Shown here in pieces: positions 55,536 to 64,000 of a stretch of DNA of 64,000 nt (position 1 is its first letter; each line of letters starts with the position of its first letter). Below the pieces are notes generated by a model. That model worked only from the letters and a program-made list of their open reading frames with translations. It was not told the DNA's origin and made no database searches. The stretch is from contig CAZLJP010000004.1 of NCBI GenBank assembly GCA_964559915.1, positions 16,336 to 80,335 of the forward strand, in the 5' to 3' direction. This DNA is from an uncultured Candidatus Saccharibacteria bacterium (GTDB lineage Bacteria; Patescibacteriota; Saccharimonadia; Saccharimonadales; JALRHH01). The position numbers and the translations under genes are program-made.

Positions 55536-55815
55536 CGTACTGAAGCATGAGTTGCTGAGTAGCCAGGCTCTTGGGCACTGTCTTGGTTTCACCGTGCAAA
55601 GAACCGTCAGCGTTGACGAGAGGCACAACACGCATACCATCCCTTATATGACCATGTGTGCTTAGCTGACCAAGTGCACTACGTAGGTGTGGGTCAGTAA
55701 TTTGAGAAATCTGTTCAGGACCGACTGTCACATACCTTGGGGACACATCTTCTTGGTCAGAATACTGCCAGTATGTAACATCGTGGACTAGTGGACCATG
55801 GTCAGCATGTGTCAT
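55516..55815 (-). CDS. hypothetical 99-aa protein between recA and recX
   Basis: The ORF starts 3 nt after the recA stop and overlaps the recX start by 20 nt. No recognisable motif. Confidence 0.45.
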   Translation of the reverse strand: MTHADHGPLVHDVTYWQYSDQEDVSPRYVTVGPEQISQITDPHLRSALGQLSTHGHIRDGMRVVPLVNADGSLHGETKTVPKSLATQQLMLQYDENHAD

Positions 55816-55817
55816 TA

Positions 55818-56849
55818 CTACTCTGCTGCGGCGAGGTCGCGGACTTTTTTGTCTAGTTCTTTGAGGACTTTGGGATTCTCGGCTAGGTAGGTTTTAGTGG
55901 CTTCGCGGCCCTGGCCAATGGTCTCGCCGTTGTACTTATAGAATGCACCAGATTTCTCGACAATGTCTCTGGCGGTAGCGAGGTCTAACACGTCTCCAGG
56001 AATGCTGATGCCTTCGTTATACATGATGTCGAACTCGGCTTCACGGAACGGTGGCGCAATCTTATTCTTGACCACCTTTACCCTGGTACGGTTACCTACC
56101 ACGGCATCACCTGCTTTGATCTGAGCAATGCGGCGGATATCCATACGGAGTGATGCATAGAATTTCAGTGCATTACCACCAGTAGTAGTCTCTGGGTTAC
56201 CAAACATCACACCAATCTTCATACGAATTTGGTTAATAAAGATAACTGTGGCTTTTGACCTGCTAATAACACTGGTGAGCTTACGTAGTGCTTGGCTCAT
56301 TAGACGAGCTTGCAAGCCAGGCAGGCTATCGCCCATATCGCCTTCAATTTCAGCACGTGGTACTAGCGCAGCTACCGAGTCAACGACAATCAAATCAACT
56401 GCATTACTACGCACCAATGTCTCTACGATTTCTAGCGCCTGTTCGCCGTTATCTGGCTGACTGAGCAGTAGATTCTCGATATCTACCCCAATGCGCTTGG
56501 CATACTGTGGATCAAGCGCGTGCTCAGCATCAATAAAGGCTGCTGTGCCACCATTACGCTGCACCTCTGCGATAGCATGCAGTGTCAGTGTCGTTTTACC
56601 AGAGCTTTCTGGTCCATAAATCTCGATAACACGACCCTTAGGGATACCGCCGCCCAGTGCTAAATCTAAACTCAGCGCACCGGTGGAAACTGTTTCTACG
56701 TTTTGCTTGTGCCCTTCGCCCAATTTCATGATTGAACCCTTGCCAAACTGCTTTTCAATGCTCTCGAGTGCTAAGCCTAGTGCCTTAGTCTTTCCGTCAG
56801 CTGCACTGGTATCAGTCATTGTCTTAGCTGGTTTATCTTTTTTGGCCAC
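55818..56849 (-). CDS. recA: recombinase RecA
   Basis: [10 protein letters not shown] Walker [11 protein letters not shown] and the L2 loop region over 343 aa. Confidence 0.97.
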   Translation of the reverse strand: MAKKDKPAKTMTDTSAADGKTKALGLALESIEKQFGKGSIMKLGEGHKQNVETVSTGALSLDLALGGGIPKGRVIEIYGPESSGKTTLTLHAIAEVQRNGGTAAFIDAEHALDPQYAKRIGVDIENLLLSQPDNGEQALEIVETLVRSNAVDLIVVDSVAALVPRAEIEGDMGDSLPGLQARLMSQALRKLTSVISRSKATVIFINQIRMKIGVMFGNPETTTGGNALKFYASLRMDIRRIAQIKAGDAVVGNRTRVKVVKNKIAPPFREAEFDIMYNEGISIPGDVLDLATARDIVEKSGAFYKYNGETIGQGREATKTYLAENPKVLKELDKKVRDLAAAE

Positions 56850-56915
56850 GATAAAATCCCCTCTTCTTTAGTTGCCCCACGTTTAGACATAATTATAGCA
56901 AAGGAACGGAGCATA

Positions 56916-56933
56916 AGCGAAACAGCTTTCGCT
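56916..56933. promoter_or_regulatory. 7-4-7 palindrome in the recA/pilB divergent intergenic region (candidate operator)
   Basis: AGCGAAA-CAGC-TTTCGCT lies about 70 nt upstream of the recA start and resembles the CGAAC-N4-GTTCG SOS-box geometry. A second hairpin-palindrome, GCTATATG..CATATAGC, lies at 56954-56983. Confidence 0.3.
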
Positions 56934-57031
56934 TGATGCGAGTACCCGCCGCTATATGTCCAACCCACTTGGCATATAGCAAGGATTACCTATGTTATAC
57001 ATAAGCCTTTTGCATTATACTAACCCTAACT

Positions 57032-58843
57032 ATGCGTATCTCTGACGCTCTGGTGGAAAAACTCTTGGTGGGGGCTAAAAAAGTAGGCGCCGATCAGTTG
57101 ACGACGCTCAAAGAAGCCAAAAAAGCCGACAAGAAGCCTTTACAAGACCTGGTCATTGCCGAAAACCTAGTGACCGAAAAAGACCTGACTCAGCTCTATG
57201 CTAAAGAAATTGATATCCCGTATGTAGAGCTGAACCCCAAGGAAATCAAGCGTGAAGTACTCAAGCTCGTACCTGAGCGCATCGCCCGGCAATATGGTGT
57301 AGTGCTGTTTGGCATCGACAAGGACGAGACCAGCCTACTGGCTATGGAAGACCCCGACGACGTCTTGGCACTGAACTTTTTGCAAAAGCATCTTGGCAAC
57401 AAAATTAAAGTTCATATTGCGCCGGCCAGTGTCATTCAGGCAGCGCTGGACCAGTACCGTGGCAACATCAGCGGCGAGATTACTGAAGTTATTACCACCG
57501 AGGCGGAAGACGATACAGTCGACGAAGAGGTAAGCGAAGAGGATGTTGCCGAAGATTCGCCAGTCGCCCAGACAGTGAATCTGCTCATTGAGTACGCGAT
57601 TCGCAGCGGTGCCAGTGATATTCATATTGAGCCACGTGATGGTTATGTGTCGGTACGCTACCGTATTGACGGTATTTTGCGTGAGGCGAACAAGCTGCCC
57701 AAGAAGGTTCACAATGCCCTGATATCTCGTATTAAAATCTTGTCTAATCTCAAGATTGACGAACGACGCGTGCCGCAAGATGGCCGTTTTAAAATCCAAA
57801 TTGGCAGTGGCCTGTACGCACTCCGTGTTTCGACCCTCCCTATTACCGAGGGCGAAAAATGTGTGATGCGTATCCTCAACGAGTCCGGCAAAGCTACGTC
57901 GCTCGAAGACCTTGGCTATTGGGGCCGCTCATTAGAGTCTGTGAATGACTCTATTCGTCAGCCACACGGCATGGTGCTGGTGACGGGACCGACTGGCTCT
58001 GGTAAATCGACTAGTTTGTTTAGTGTATTGAGTATCCTTAATAAACCAAGTGTTAATATCTCTACCGTTGAAGACCCTGTGGAGTACAAAATCCCGGGCG
58101 CTAATCAGACCCAGGTTAACCCCAAGGCAGGCATGACCTTTGCTGCTGGTCTGCGTGCCCTACTACGCCAAGACCCCAACATCATCATGGTGGGTGAGAT
58201 TCGCGATACCGAAACCGCTGACCTTGCTGTGCAGGCTGCCCTGACGGGACACTTGGTATTTGCCACGTTGCACACCAACAACGCCGCAACGTGTCTGCCA
58301 CGTTTACTAGACATGGGTATTGAACCGTTCTTAATCGCCAGCACTGTGCGAGCCGTGGTCGGTCAGCGTTTGGTGCGAAAATTATGTCTCGACTGCCGTG
58401 AAGAAGTGGTTCCTGATGCCACGAGCCTCAAACAAATTGCCCAAATTTATCACACCGATGATGCCGCCGCGATGCGGCGTATCAATGAACTAGAGAAAGC
58501 AGCGCTTGAGGGTGGTATTGGCAAGACAAATACCGGCAAAGCAAAGGTTGATACCACCAAACTTTCCACCACAGAGTCTAAGATTACTCGCATATTCAAG
58601 GCTCATGATGATGGCTGTGACAGCTGTGGGCACTCAGGCTACCGTGGCCGTATGGGTATCTACGAAGTGTTAGGCAACTCTAGTGATGTCCAGAAACTGA
58701 TTGTGGGCAACAGCACTAGTGACGTTATCCAAAACCAAGCAATGAAAGAAGGCATGGTCACTATGCAGCTGGATGGGTTTATAAAGGCACTGCGTGGCCA
58801 AACAACTATTGAAGAAATCCTAAGAGTCACGGCTGAGAAGTAA
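57032..58843 (+). CDS. pilB: type IV pilus assembly ATPase PilB (GspE family)
   Basis: N-terminal MshEN-type domain, Walker A GPTGSGKST, Asp and His boxes, and a tetracysteine motif (CLDC...CDSCGHSGYRGR). Confidence 0.92.
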   Translation: MRISDALVEKLLVGAKKVGADQLTTLKEAKKADKKPLQDLVIAENLVTEKDLTQLYAKEIDIPYVELNPKEIKREVLKLVPERIARQYGVVLFGIDKDETSLLAMEDPDDVLALNFLQKHLGNKIKVHIAPASVIQAALDQYRGNISGEITEVITTEAEDDTVDEEVSEEDVAEDSPVAQTVNLLIEYAIRSGASDIHIEPRDGYVSVRYRIDGILREANKLPKKVHNALISRIKILSNLKIDERRVPQDGRFKIQIGSGLYALRVSTLPITEGEKCVMRILNESGKATSLEDLGYWGRSLESVNDSIRQPHGMVLVTGPTGSGKSTSLFSVLSILNKPSVNISTVEDPVEYKIPGANQTQVNPKAGMTFAAGLRALLRQDPNIIMVGEIRDTETADLAVQAALTGHLVFATLHTNNAATCLPRLLDMGIEPFLIASTVRAVVGQRLVRKLCLDCREEVVPDATSLKQIAQIYHTDDAAAMRRINELEKAALEGGIGKTNTGKAKVDTTKLSTTESKITRIFKAHDDGCDSCGHSGYRGRMGIYEVLGNSSDVQKLIVGNSTSDVIQNQAMKEGMVTMQLDGFIKALRGQTTIEEILRVTAEK

Positions 58844-60060
58844 TGAAATTTACCTACACTGCCGTTGATAAATCAGGCAAGCGCGTAACCGGTGCTATTG
58901 AAGCATCGAGCGAACATGCCGCAAATGAATCACTCAAGCTACGAGATATTCGCCCGTTGGGGCTTAGGGCTGTTAGCGGCCGGGGTGCGAGCAACCCCTT
59001 CTCTGCCAAGAACCGAAAGGTCAAGAGCAAGGAGTTGATGGTATTTACACGTCAGCTCTCTACCATGATTAACGCTGGTGTACCACTTGTACGGTCGCTC
59101 AACACCTTGCAGTTACAAACCGAAAATCCTTCATTCAAAACTACTATTGCTAGCATCGGCAAAGATGTTGAAGGTGGTATGTCGTTTGCCGACGCCCTGG
59201 ACAAGCAGCCCAAGGTCTTCACGACTATTTACGTCAACATGGTGCGAGCTGGTGAAGCTGGCGGTATCCTAGACGAGATTTTACTAAAACTCGCCATACA
59301 GCAAGAGAAGGACGCGCACATCCGTGCCAAATTCAAGGGCGCCATGACGTATCCGATTATTCTGTTGTCGATTACCTTCTTGGTGTTCATCGCACTGATG
59401 GTGTTTGTGATGCCCAAACTGGGCAAAATTATTAAAGAGTTAGCGGGGCCCAATACGGAGCTGCCGCCATTGACACAGGCACTACTAGGCATCAGCCACT
59501 TCATGACCTCCAATGCTATCCTTCTGCTGGTTGGCGGCTTTGTGGGCACATATTTCTTGCGACGCTACATCAAGACCCCTCCAGGGCGACGTAAAAAAGA
59601 CGAATTGATGATGAAAATACCAATCATTAACGAGATTATCAAAAAAGTAGCCATTGCCCGCTTTGCACGCATCTTCGCCAGTCTCATGGGGGCTGGCGTT
59701 AATGTAGTGGATTCGCTGACGATTACTTCCAAAGCAATCGGTAATGCCGTAATCGAAGACGAGCTGATAGCGGCGAGCAAGGCTGTGGTTAATGGCCAGC
59801 AATTATCTGTGCCACTGTCGGAAAGCAAGGTCTTACCGCCAATTGTGAGCCAAATGCTGGCCATCGGCGAAGAAACTGGCCAGACTGACGAAATTCTGCT
59901 CAAAGTAGCTGACTTCTATGAAGAAGAGGTTGATACGGTAGTGGAAAGTCTCAGTTCTATCCTGGAACCAATCATGATTGTAGTGATGGGCGCCATGGTG
60001 GGATTAATCGCAGCTAGTGTGATTGGCCCAATCAGTAAATTGTCGACGCAAATTCAGTAG
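58843..60060 (+). CDS. pilC: type IV pilus platform protein PilC (GspF family)
   Basis: Duplicated GspF domains and 3 TM segments. ATGA-type junction with pilB. Confidence 0.9.
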   Translation: MKFTYTAVDKSGKRVTGAIEASSEHAANESLKLRDIRPLGLRAVSGRGASNPFSAKNRKVKSKELMVFTRQLSTMINAGVPLVRSLNTLQLQTENPSFKTTIASIGKDVEGGMSFADALDKQPKVFTTIYVNMVRAGEAGGILDEILLKLAIQQEKDAHIRAKFKGAMTYPIILLSITFLVFIALMVFVMPKLGKIIKELAGPNTELPPLTQALLGISHFMTSNAILLLVGGFVGTYFLRRYIKTPPGRRKKDELMMKIPIINEIIKKVAIARFARIFASLMGAGVNVVDSLTITSKAIGNAVIEDELIAASKAVVNGQQLSVPLSESKVLPPIVSQMLAIGEETGQTDEILLKVADFYEEEVDTVVESLSSILEPIMIVVMGAMVGLIAASVIGPISKLSTQIQ

Positions 60061-60179
60061 TTCACCTGTGTAAAACTGCTTGCATATCATCATGCTTATG
60101 CTAGTGTATAAACATACGCATCGCAGTATTATCCGCGGGCGGTCTATAAGTAAATACGTAATATAAGGGTGGGCATTAT

Positions 60180-60665
60180 ATGTTCAAAACAATTAAAAAA
60201 GCACAAAAAGGCTTCACGATTATCGAGCTTCTAATCGTAATCGCTATCATCGCAATCTTGGCATTGCTTGTTATTAACAACATTGTTGGCGCAAATGCTA
60301 AGGCACGTGACACGCAACGTCTTACAGACCTGAAGTCAATCGCGACTAAGCTTGAAGAAGCCTACAACGACAACGGCAGCTACCCAAGTACGTTCAACAA
60401 CACTACCTTGGCAGGACTGGACGAACAGGCTTTGCTTGATCCAAACGGTGGTAACTCAATCACTATCAACACTGGCGTAGCTGATGCTACTGCTGCTGAC
60501 GGTGTGGCAGCTCCAACCAGCGACCCTGGTAACGGTTCGTCATACATCTACATTCCATTCAACTGTAATGGTACTGCATGTACTGGCTTCCGCTTGAAGA
60601 CATTCATCGAGAAACCAAACACAACTATTCAGAACCCTCACGTTATCAAGAGCCTGAATAACTAG
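60180..60665 (+). CDS. pilA: type IV major pilin
   Basis: Class III signal KKAQKGFTIIELLIVIAIIAILA (G|FTxxE) and a C-terminal Cys pair (CNGTAC). Confidence 0.88.
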   Translation: MFKTIKKAQKGFTIIELLIVIAIIAILALLVINNIVGANAKARDTQRLTDLKSIATKLEEAYNDNGSYPSTFNNTTLAGLDEQALLDPNGGNSITINTGVADATAADGVAAPTSDPGNGSSYIYIPFNCNGTACTGFRLKTFIEKPNTTIQNPHVIKSLNN

Positions 60666-60687
60666 TAGCAATCGCTACACAATAAAA

Positions 60688-60713
60688 ACGCCCCTTCCAC
60701 AGGGGTGTTTTTA
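60688..60713 (+). terminator. intrinsic terminator after pilA
   Basis: ACGCCCCT-TCCAC-AGGGGTGTTTTTAT. Confidence 0.75.
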
Positions 60714-60756
60714 TATTGCTTATGGTATACTCTGAGTAAGAATACGCGGAGAAACA

Positions 60757-61152
60757 GTGGTACTAAAATCACAAAACGGCTTCACTATAATTGAGCTTTT
60801 GATAGCCATTTCGGTGGTTGGAATTCTAGTGCCCACACTTGGTGGTCTAATCACCACTATGAACGGTCTCAACGACCGCGCTCGTGATATGTCACTGATT
60901 AATTCACTGGCAGAGAACAAAGTCGAAAGCCTGCGTAGCCAGGGGTTCGCAGCAGTTAGTAATGGTACGTATGATTTTAGTAGCGAGCTTCCAGCCACCA
61001 TTACGGGCCCAAAATCAGCTAACTATGTAGTCACCACTCCAAACACCGGCATGCGCCGTGTTGAATTGACGTTCACCTACAGAGATAAAGGTGCGCAGCA
61101 TACCTACAAATACTATACCTACGTCGGAGAAGTCGGTGTTGGGCAATATTAA
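60757..61152 (+). CDS. minor pilin / pseudopilin
   Basis: GTG start. Prepilin motif QNGFTIIELLIAISVVGIL. Confidence 0.8.
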   Translation: MVLKSQNGFTIIELLIAISVVGILVPTLGGLITTMNGLNDRARDMSLINSLAENKVESLRSQGFAAVSNGTYDFSSELPATITGPKSANYVVTTPNTGMRRVELTFTYRDKGAQHTYKYYTYVGEVGVGQY

Positions 61153-61831
61153 GCAAAAAGTATCACTCGCCAGGCAGCAGGCTGGCTTTACAGTCACCGA
61201 GCTGACCATTGCTATAGCTATAGCTAGCATGCTGATACTCAGCTTTGTGACGGTTAGCTTGTACATGTACGGCGATACCGTCAGGTCGACACTGTATGCA
61301 CAGCTGGCAACCGAATCTCAAAATATCCTGCGCTCTGTGGTAGAGGAACTGCGACAGAGCTCGTCAATCCGTTCAAGTAACGCAAACCCCGACCCCAATG
61401 CACCTGGCGGCACCTGGTCAACCAGCAACAGTAGTCTTATCCTCATTATTTCTACGCCGGCTCTAGATGGCAGCAATAACTTTATTATGAATAGTGATAC
61501 GGGTTACCCATACCAGAATGAGATTGTCTACTTTGTGTCTGGTAATACGCTGTATAAACGAACACTTGTTGATACAAACGCCGCCGGCAATGCCGAAAAA
61601 CGATCGTGTCCAATATCCTTACAAACAGCTTCGTGCCCGGCAGACATCGTAATGAGTCGTAACTTCAGCGATATGAATTTTGTGTTTTATGACCAGGACG
61701 ATGCTATCACTACCAATATTCCCAATGCCCGGTCAATTAAGCTGATATTGCAGATGCAACGGCAATCATTTGGCAAAACCCTCCATTTTGACAATACTAT
61801 TCGTATAACCATAAGGAACACCTCGTCATGA
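61136..61831 (+). CDS. minor pilin / pseudopilin
   Basis: Prepilin motif QQAGFTVTELTIAIAIASMLIL. The probable GTG start at 61136 overlaps the preceding gene. The track ORF begins at 61091. Confidence 0.75.
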   Translation: MLGNIKQKVSLARQQAGFTVTELTIAIAIASMLILSFVTVSLYMYGDTVRSTLYAQLATESQNILRSVVEELRQSSSIRSSNANPDPNAPGGTWSTSNSSLILIISTPALDGSNNFIMNSDTGYPYQNEIVYFVSGNTLYKRTLVDTNAAGNAEKRSCPISLQTASCPADIVMSRNFSDMNFVFYDQDDAITTNIPNARSIKLILQMQRQSFGKTLHFDNTIRITIRNTSS

Positions 61832-63207
61832 AGCGACAATCTCAAGACGGCTATATTCTCTTATCAATACTTGTAACTACTTCGTTCATCATGCTTATTG
61901 GCGTCATATCTTTGCAGTTGATTAGCGCTAATTTAAAGTCAGCCAAGAAAGAACGCTATACAGTAAATGCGCAGTTTGCCGCAGATGCCGGCCTTGATGA
62001 CGCTGTACGCCAGCTGAACATTGACGGTGATTGGGCGGGCAGTGGCAGCGAGGTGACACTGGCAACCAGCACAGATTTTAAGACGACGTATCAAACTACT
62101 GTAGTAGACGGCAGTACTGATTTTCAGAAGTTTATTAATGTCACTGCCAGGACATATAGCCCGGCATCGTCCAGTACTGTTGCCTCAACCAGAAAATACC
62201 AAGTAGAAATGAGAGGTGTTGGCAGTGGATCATACTCCATCGTTGGTGGTGTGGGCGGTTTAATACTCAAGAACAACGCCAAGATTGTGAACGGCAAAGT
62301 ATTCGTGAACGGCAACATCACCCTACAAAACAACAGTCAGATTGGCTTAGATTTGCTCGGCATACCAATTACACCCGTAGACGTACAAGCTGCCCATCAA
62401 TCATGTCCCGTGGCTGGTGGAGCAACCTATCCCCGTCTGTGCGTGGCAGCCGATAATGCTGGCCAGCCAATTTCAATAAGCACTAATGGGCGCATTTATG
62501 GCCAAGTTACGGCAAATGACCAAACTGACGGCAGTCGTATGTCAGCCCCAGGGTTGGTAGCTGGCGATGTATCACCGAGCCCTTTGCCAGAACATGACCG
62601 AGAGGCTCAGAAAGCAGCTATTACCAACAATATGACAGGGGCAGCTGCTGGCTGTACATTGCTAGGTGCAAAAACGTGGCCAGCGAATACCAAAATTACA
62701 GGCGATGTCACCATATCGGGTGTCTGCATCATAACCATAGAAGGTGATATATGGATTACTGGCAATCTGACTATTAGTAATACCGCAATCATTGTAGTAA
62801 AGTCGGGTCTTTCAACTCGACCACAAATTATGGTTGATGGGGCCAGTGGCGTAACGATACGCAACGGTGCAGCACTCAATGCCAACCTGGGTGGTACAGG
62901 ATTACGATTTATCACCTATGCCAGTGCCGCAGCGTGCTCGCCTGATTGCATAAACGTTACTGGTAACGATTTGTTCAATAGCAGAAACACTACAACCATC
63001 AGCCTAGAAAACAGTGCATCGGCCGGATCAACAGAATTTTACGCCAAATGGTCAAAAGTAAGCATATCTAATAACGGTAACATTGGTGCCCTTGCCGGCC
63101 AGACAGTTGAGCTGAGCAATTCCTCTGCGATAACGTTTGGTGCTAGTGTAAGTGGTTTTAGCGGTCCAATAGCCTGGGTAGTGAAGTCGTATAAACGCAC
63201 GTTTTAG
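61828..63207 (+). CDS. PilX-N-like large pilus-associated protein with beta-helix-like repeats
   Basis: N-terminus QDGYILLSILVTTSFIMLIGVISLQL, then repeated ITGDVTISG / ITGNLTISN / VTIRNG beta-strand motifs. ATGA overlap with the preceding pilin gene. Confidence 0.65.
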   Translation: MKRQSQDGYILLSILVTTSFIMLIGVISLQLISANLKSAKKERYTVNAQFAADAGLDDAVRQLNIDGDWAGSGSEVTLATSTDFKTTYQTTVVDGSTDFQKFINVTARTYSPASSSTVASTRKYQVEMRGVGSGSYSIVGGVGGLILKNNAKIVNGKVFVNGNITLQNNSQIGLDLLGIPITPVDVQAAHQSCPVAGGATYPRLCVAADNAGQPISISTNGRIYGQVTANDQTDGSRMSAPGLVAGDVSPSPLPEHDREAQKAAITNNMTGAAAGCTLLGAKTWPANTKITGDVTISGVCIITIEGDIWITGNLTISNTAIIVVKSGLSTRPQIMVDGASGVTIRNGAALNANLGGTGLRFITYASAAACSPDCINVTGNDLFNSRNTTTISLENSASAGSTEFYAKWSKVSISNNGNIGALAGQTVELSNSSAITFGASVSGFSGPIAWVVKSYKRTF

Positions 63208-63333
63208 TTAGGGTCTGTTATATCTTTGATGTAACAGGATGTACGCCGTAACAATTACTACGAGACCAGTGATTATTACCTACGTTCTTGTGTTATACTT
63301 ATGCTAATCATACCTCTTATGGTGGGCAAATAA

Positions 63334-64000
63334 ATGACGAGTAACGAAACACTGTTTTTCAAAGACAAACCACTCTTCGGAGTTGATGTTGGCTTTGGAA
63401 GCTTGAAAGTCATGCAAGTTGGGCCGCCAAGCGGCAAAAAACAGCCGGTATTAGGTTACGGCGCCACTACCTTTGACCCCAAAGCAATTATTGACGGAGT
63501 GATTGTCGACCCAGAAGCAGTTGCCAAGGCTGCCTACGATTTATTTAAAAACGATGTCATTGGCAATATAGGCACTCGTCGTGTCGTTTTCTCTATCCCG
63601 GTTTCTCGTTCTTATAATCGCAATGTACAACTCCCAAAGCTCAGCAGCAAAGAGCTCAAAGATGCCATACGCCAGGAGGTTGAACAGTACATACCTGTAC
63701 CAGTTGATGATTTATACATTGACTACGCACCATTGCACCAAACCAAAGAAGGCATTGATTATATTATCGTGGCTGTGCCCAAACATATCGTTGATTCATA
63801 TACTGACCTGGCACGAATTCTGGACCTTGATGTAGTTGGCATAGAGACCACGATTGCCGCAAGTGCCCGTCTGTTTTTACAGGCGGAGAATAACGATGTA
63901 CCGACTGTATTGATTGATTTTGGCTCACTATCAGCTGATTTAAGCATCTACGACAAAGGCTTAGTCGTGAGTAGTACTATTTCTGGCGGCGGTGACAATT
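63334..64000 (+). CDS. pilM: type IV pilus assembly protein PilM (actin-like ATPase), 5' part, runs off the window
   Basis: Hand translation gives MTSNETLFFKDKPLFGVDVGFGSLKVMQV...RRVVFSIPVS...AVPKHIVDSY...VLIDFGSLSADLSIYDKG, typical of PilM. There is no stop before 64000, so it is absent from the ORF track. Confidence 0.8.
   Translation, partial: MTSNETLFFKDKPLFGVDVGFGSLKVMQVGPPSGKKQPVLGYGATTFDPKAIIDGVIVDPEAVAKAAYDLFKNDVIGNIGTRRVVFSIPVSRSYNRNVQLPKLSSKELKDAIRQEVEQYIPVPVDDLYIDYAPLHQTKEGIDYIIVAVPKHIVDSYTDLARILDLDVVGIETTIAASARLFLQAENNDVPTVLIDFGSLSADLSIYDKGLVVSSTISGGGDN

Noticed and set aside
63301-63333. 10-codon mini-ORF (MLIIPLMVGK) ending immediately before the pilM ATG
   Set aside because: It is too short to support, has no conservation information, and is plausibly a chance occurrence in an AT-rich leader.
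1-64000. Alternative genetic code (UGA as a sense codon, as in some CPR lineages), CRISPR arrays, prophage or IS elements
   Set aside because: Conserved proteins are full length under the standard code, and TGA is used as a genuine stop (for example at the sortase gene, 40601-40603). I saw no regularly spaced direct repeats typical of CRISPR and no integrase, transposase or phage structural genes.

Overview
Gene-dense bacterial chromosome segment read with the standard genetic code: about 60 CDS and 7 tRNA genes. I saw no rRNA, CRISPR array, transposase or integrase. The content is a reduced core: pgk-tpiA-pyk, folD, glyA, murA/murB/murD, recA-recX, RNase Y, tsaB-tsaE and trpS. It also carries a type IV pilus locus (pilB-pilC-pilins-pilM), sortases with large secreted substrates, and many small hypothetical proteins. 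This fits a small-genome, Gram-positive-type CPR/Patescibacteria (Saccharibacteria-like) organism, but that placement is inference only. The strongest unexplained signal is at the tRNA genes. tRNA-Arg(TCG), tRNA-Gly and tRNA-His are each followed by a 150-185 nt non-coding module ending in an exact copy of that tRNA's own 3' end, and tRNA-Pro carries a related module whose copy keeps only the T-arm. The Arg, Gly and Pro modules share a conserved core with compensatory base changes, sitting where T-loop position 57/58 of the copied tRNA fragment would be. Other points of interest: (1) an AT-rich accessory block (about 19.2-29.2 kb) with an orphan chorismate-utilising module, a very divergent 510-aa TrpD-family protein and sugar-phosphate enzymes; (2) a high-GC membrane-protein gene (12.0-13.1 kb) flanked by ORF-poor DNA; (3) a sortase locus with a 1300-aa modular adhesin and a non-canonical [LY]VNTGA sorting signal; (4) a second sortase homologue with no cysteine at all; (5) an XRE-HTH::MurA fusion. 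All GC statements are by eye, not computed.
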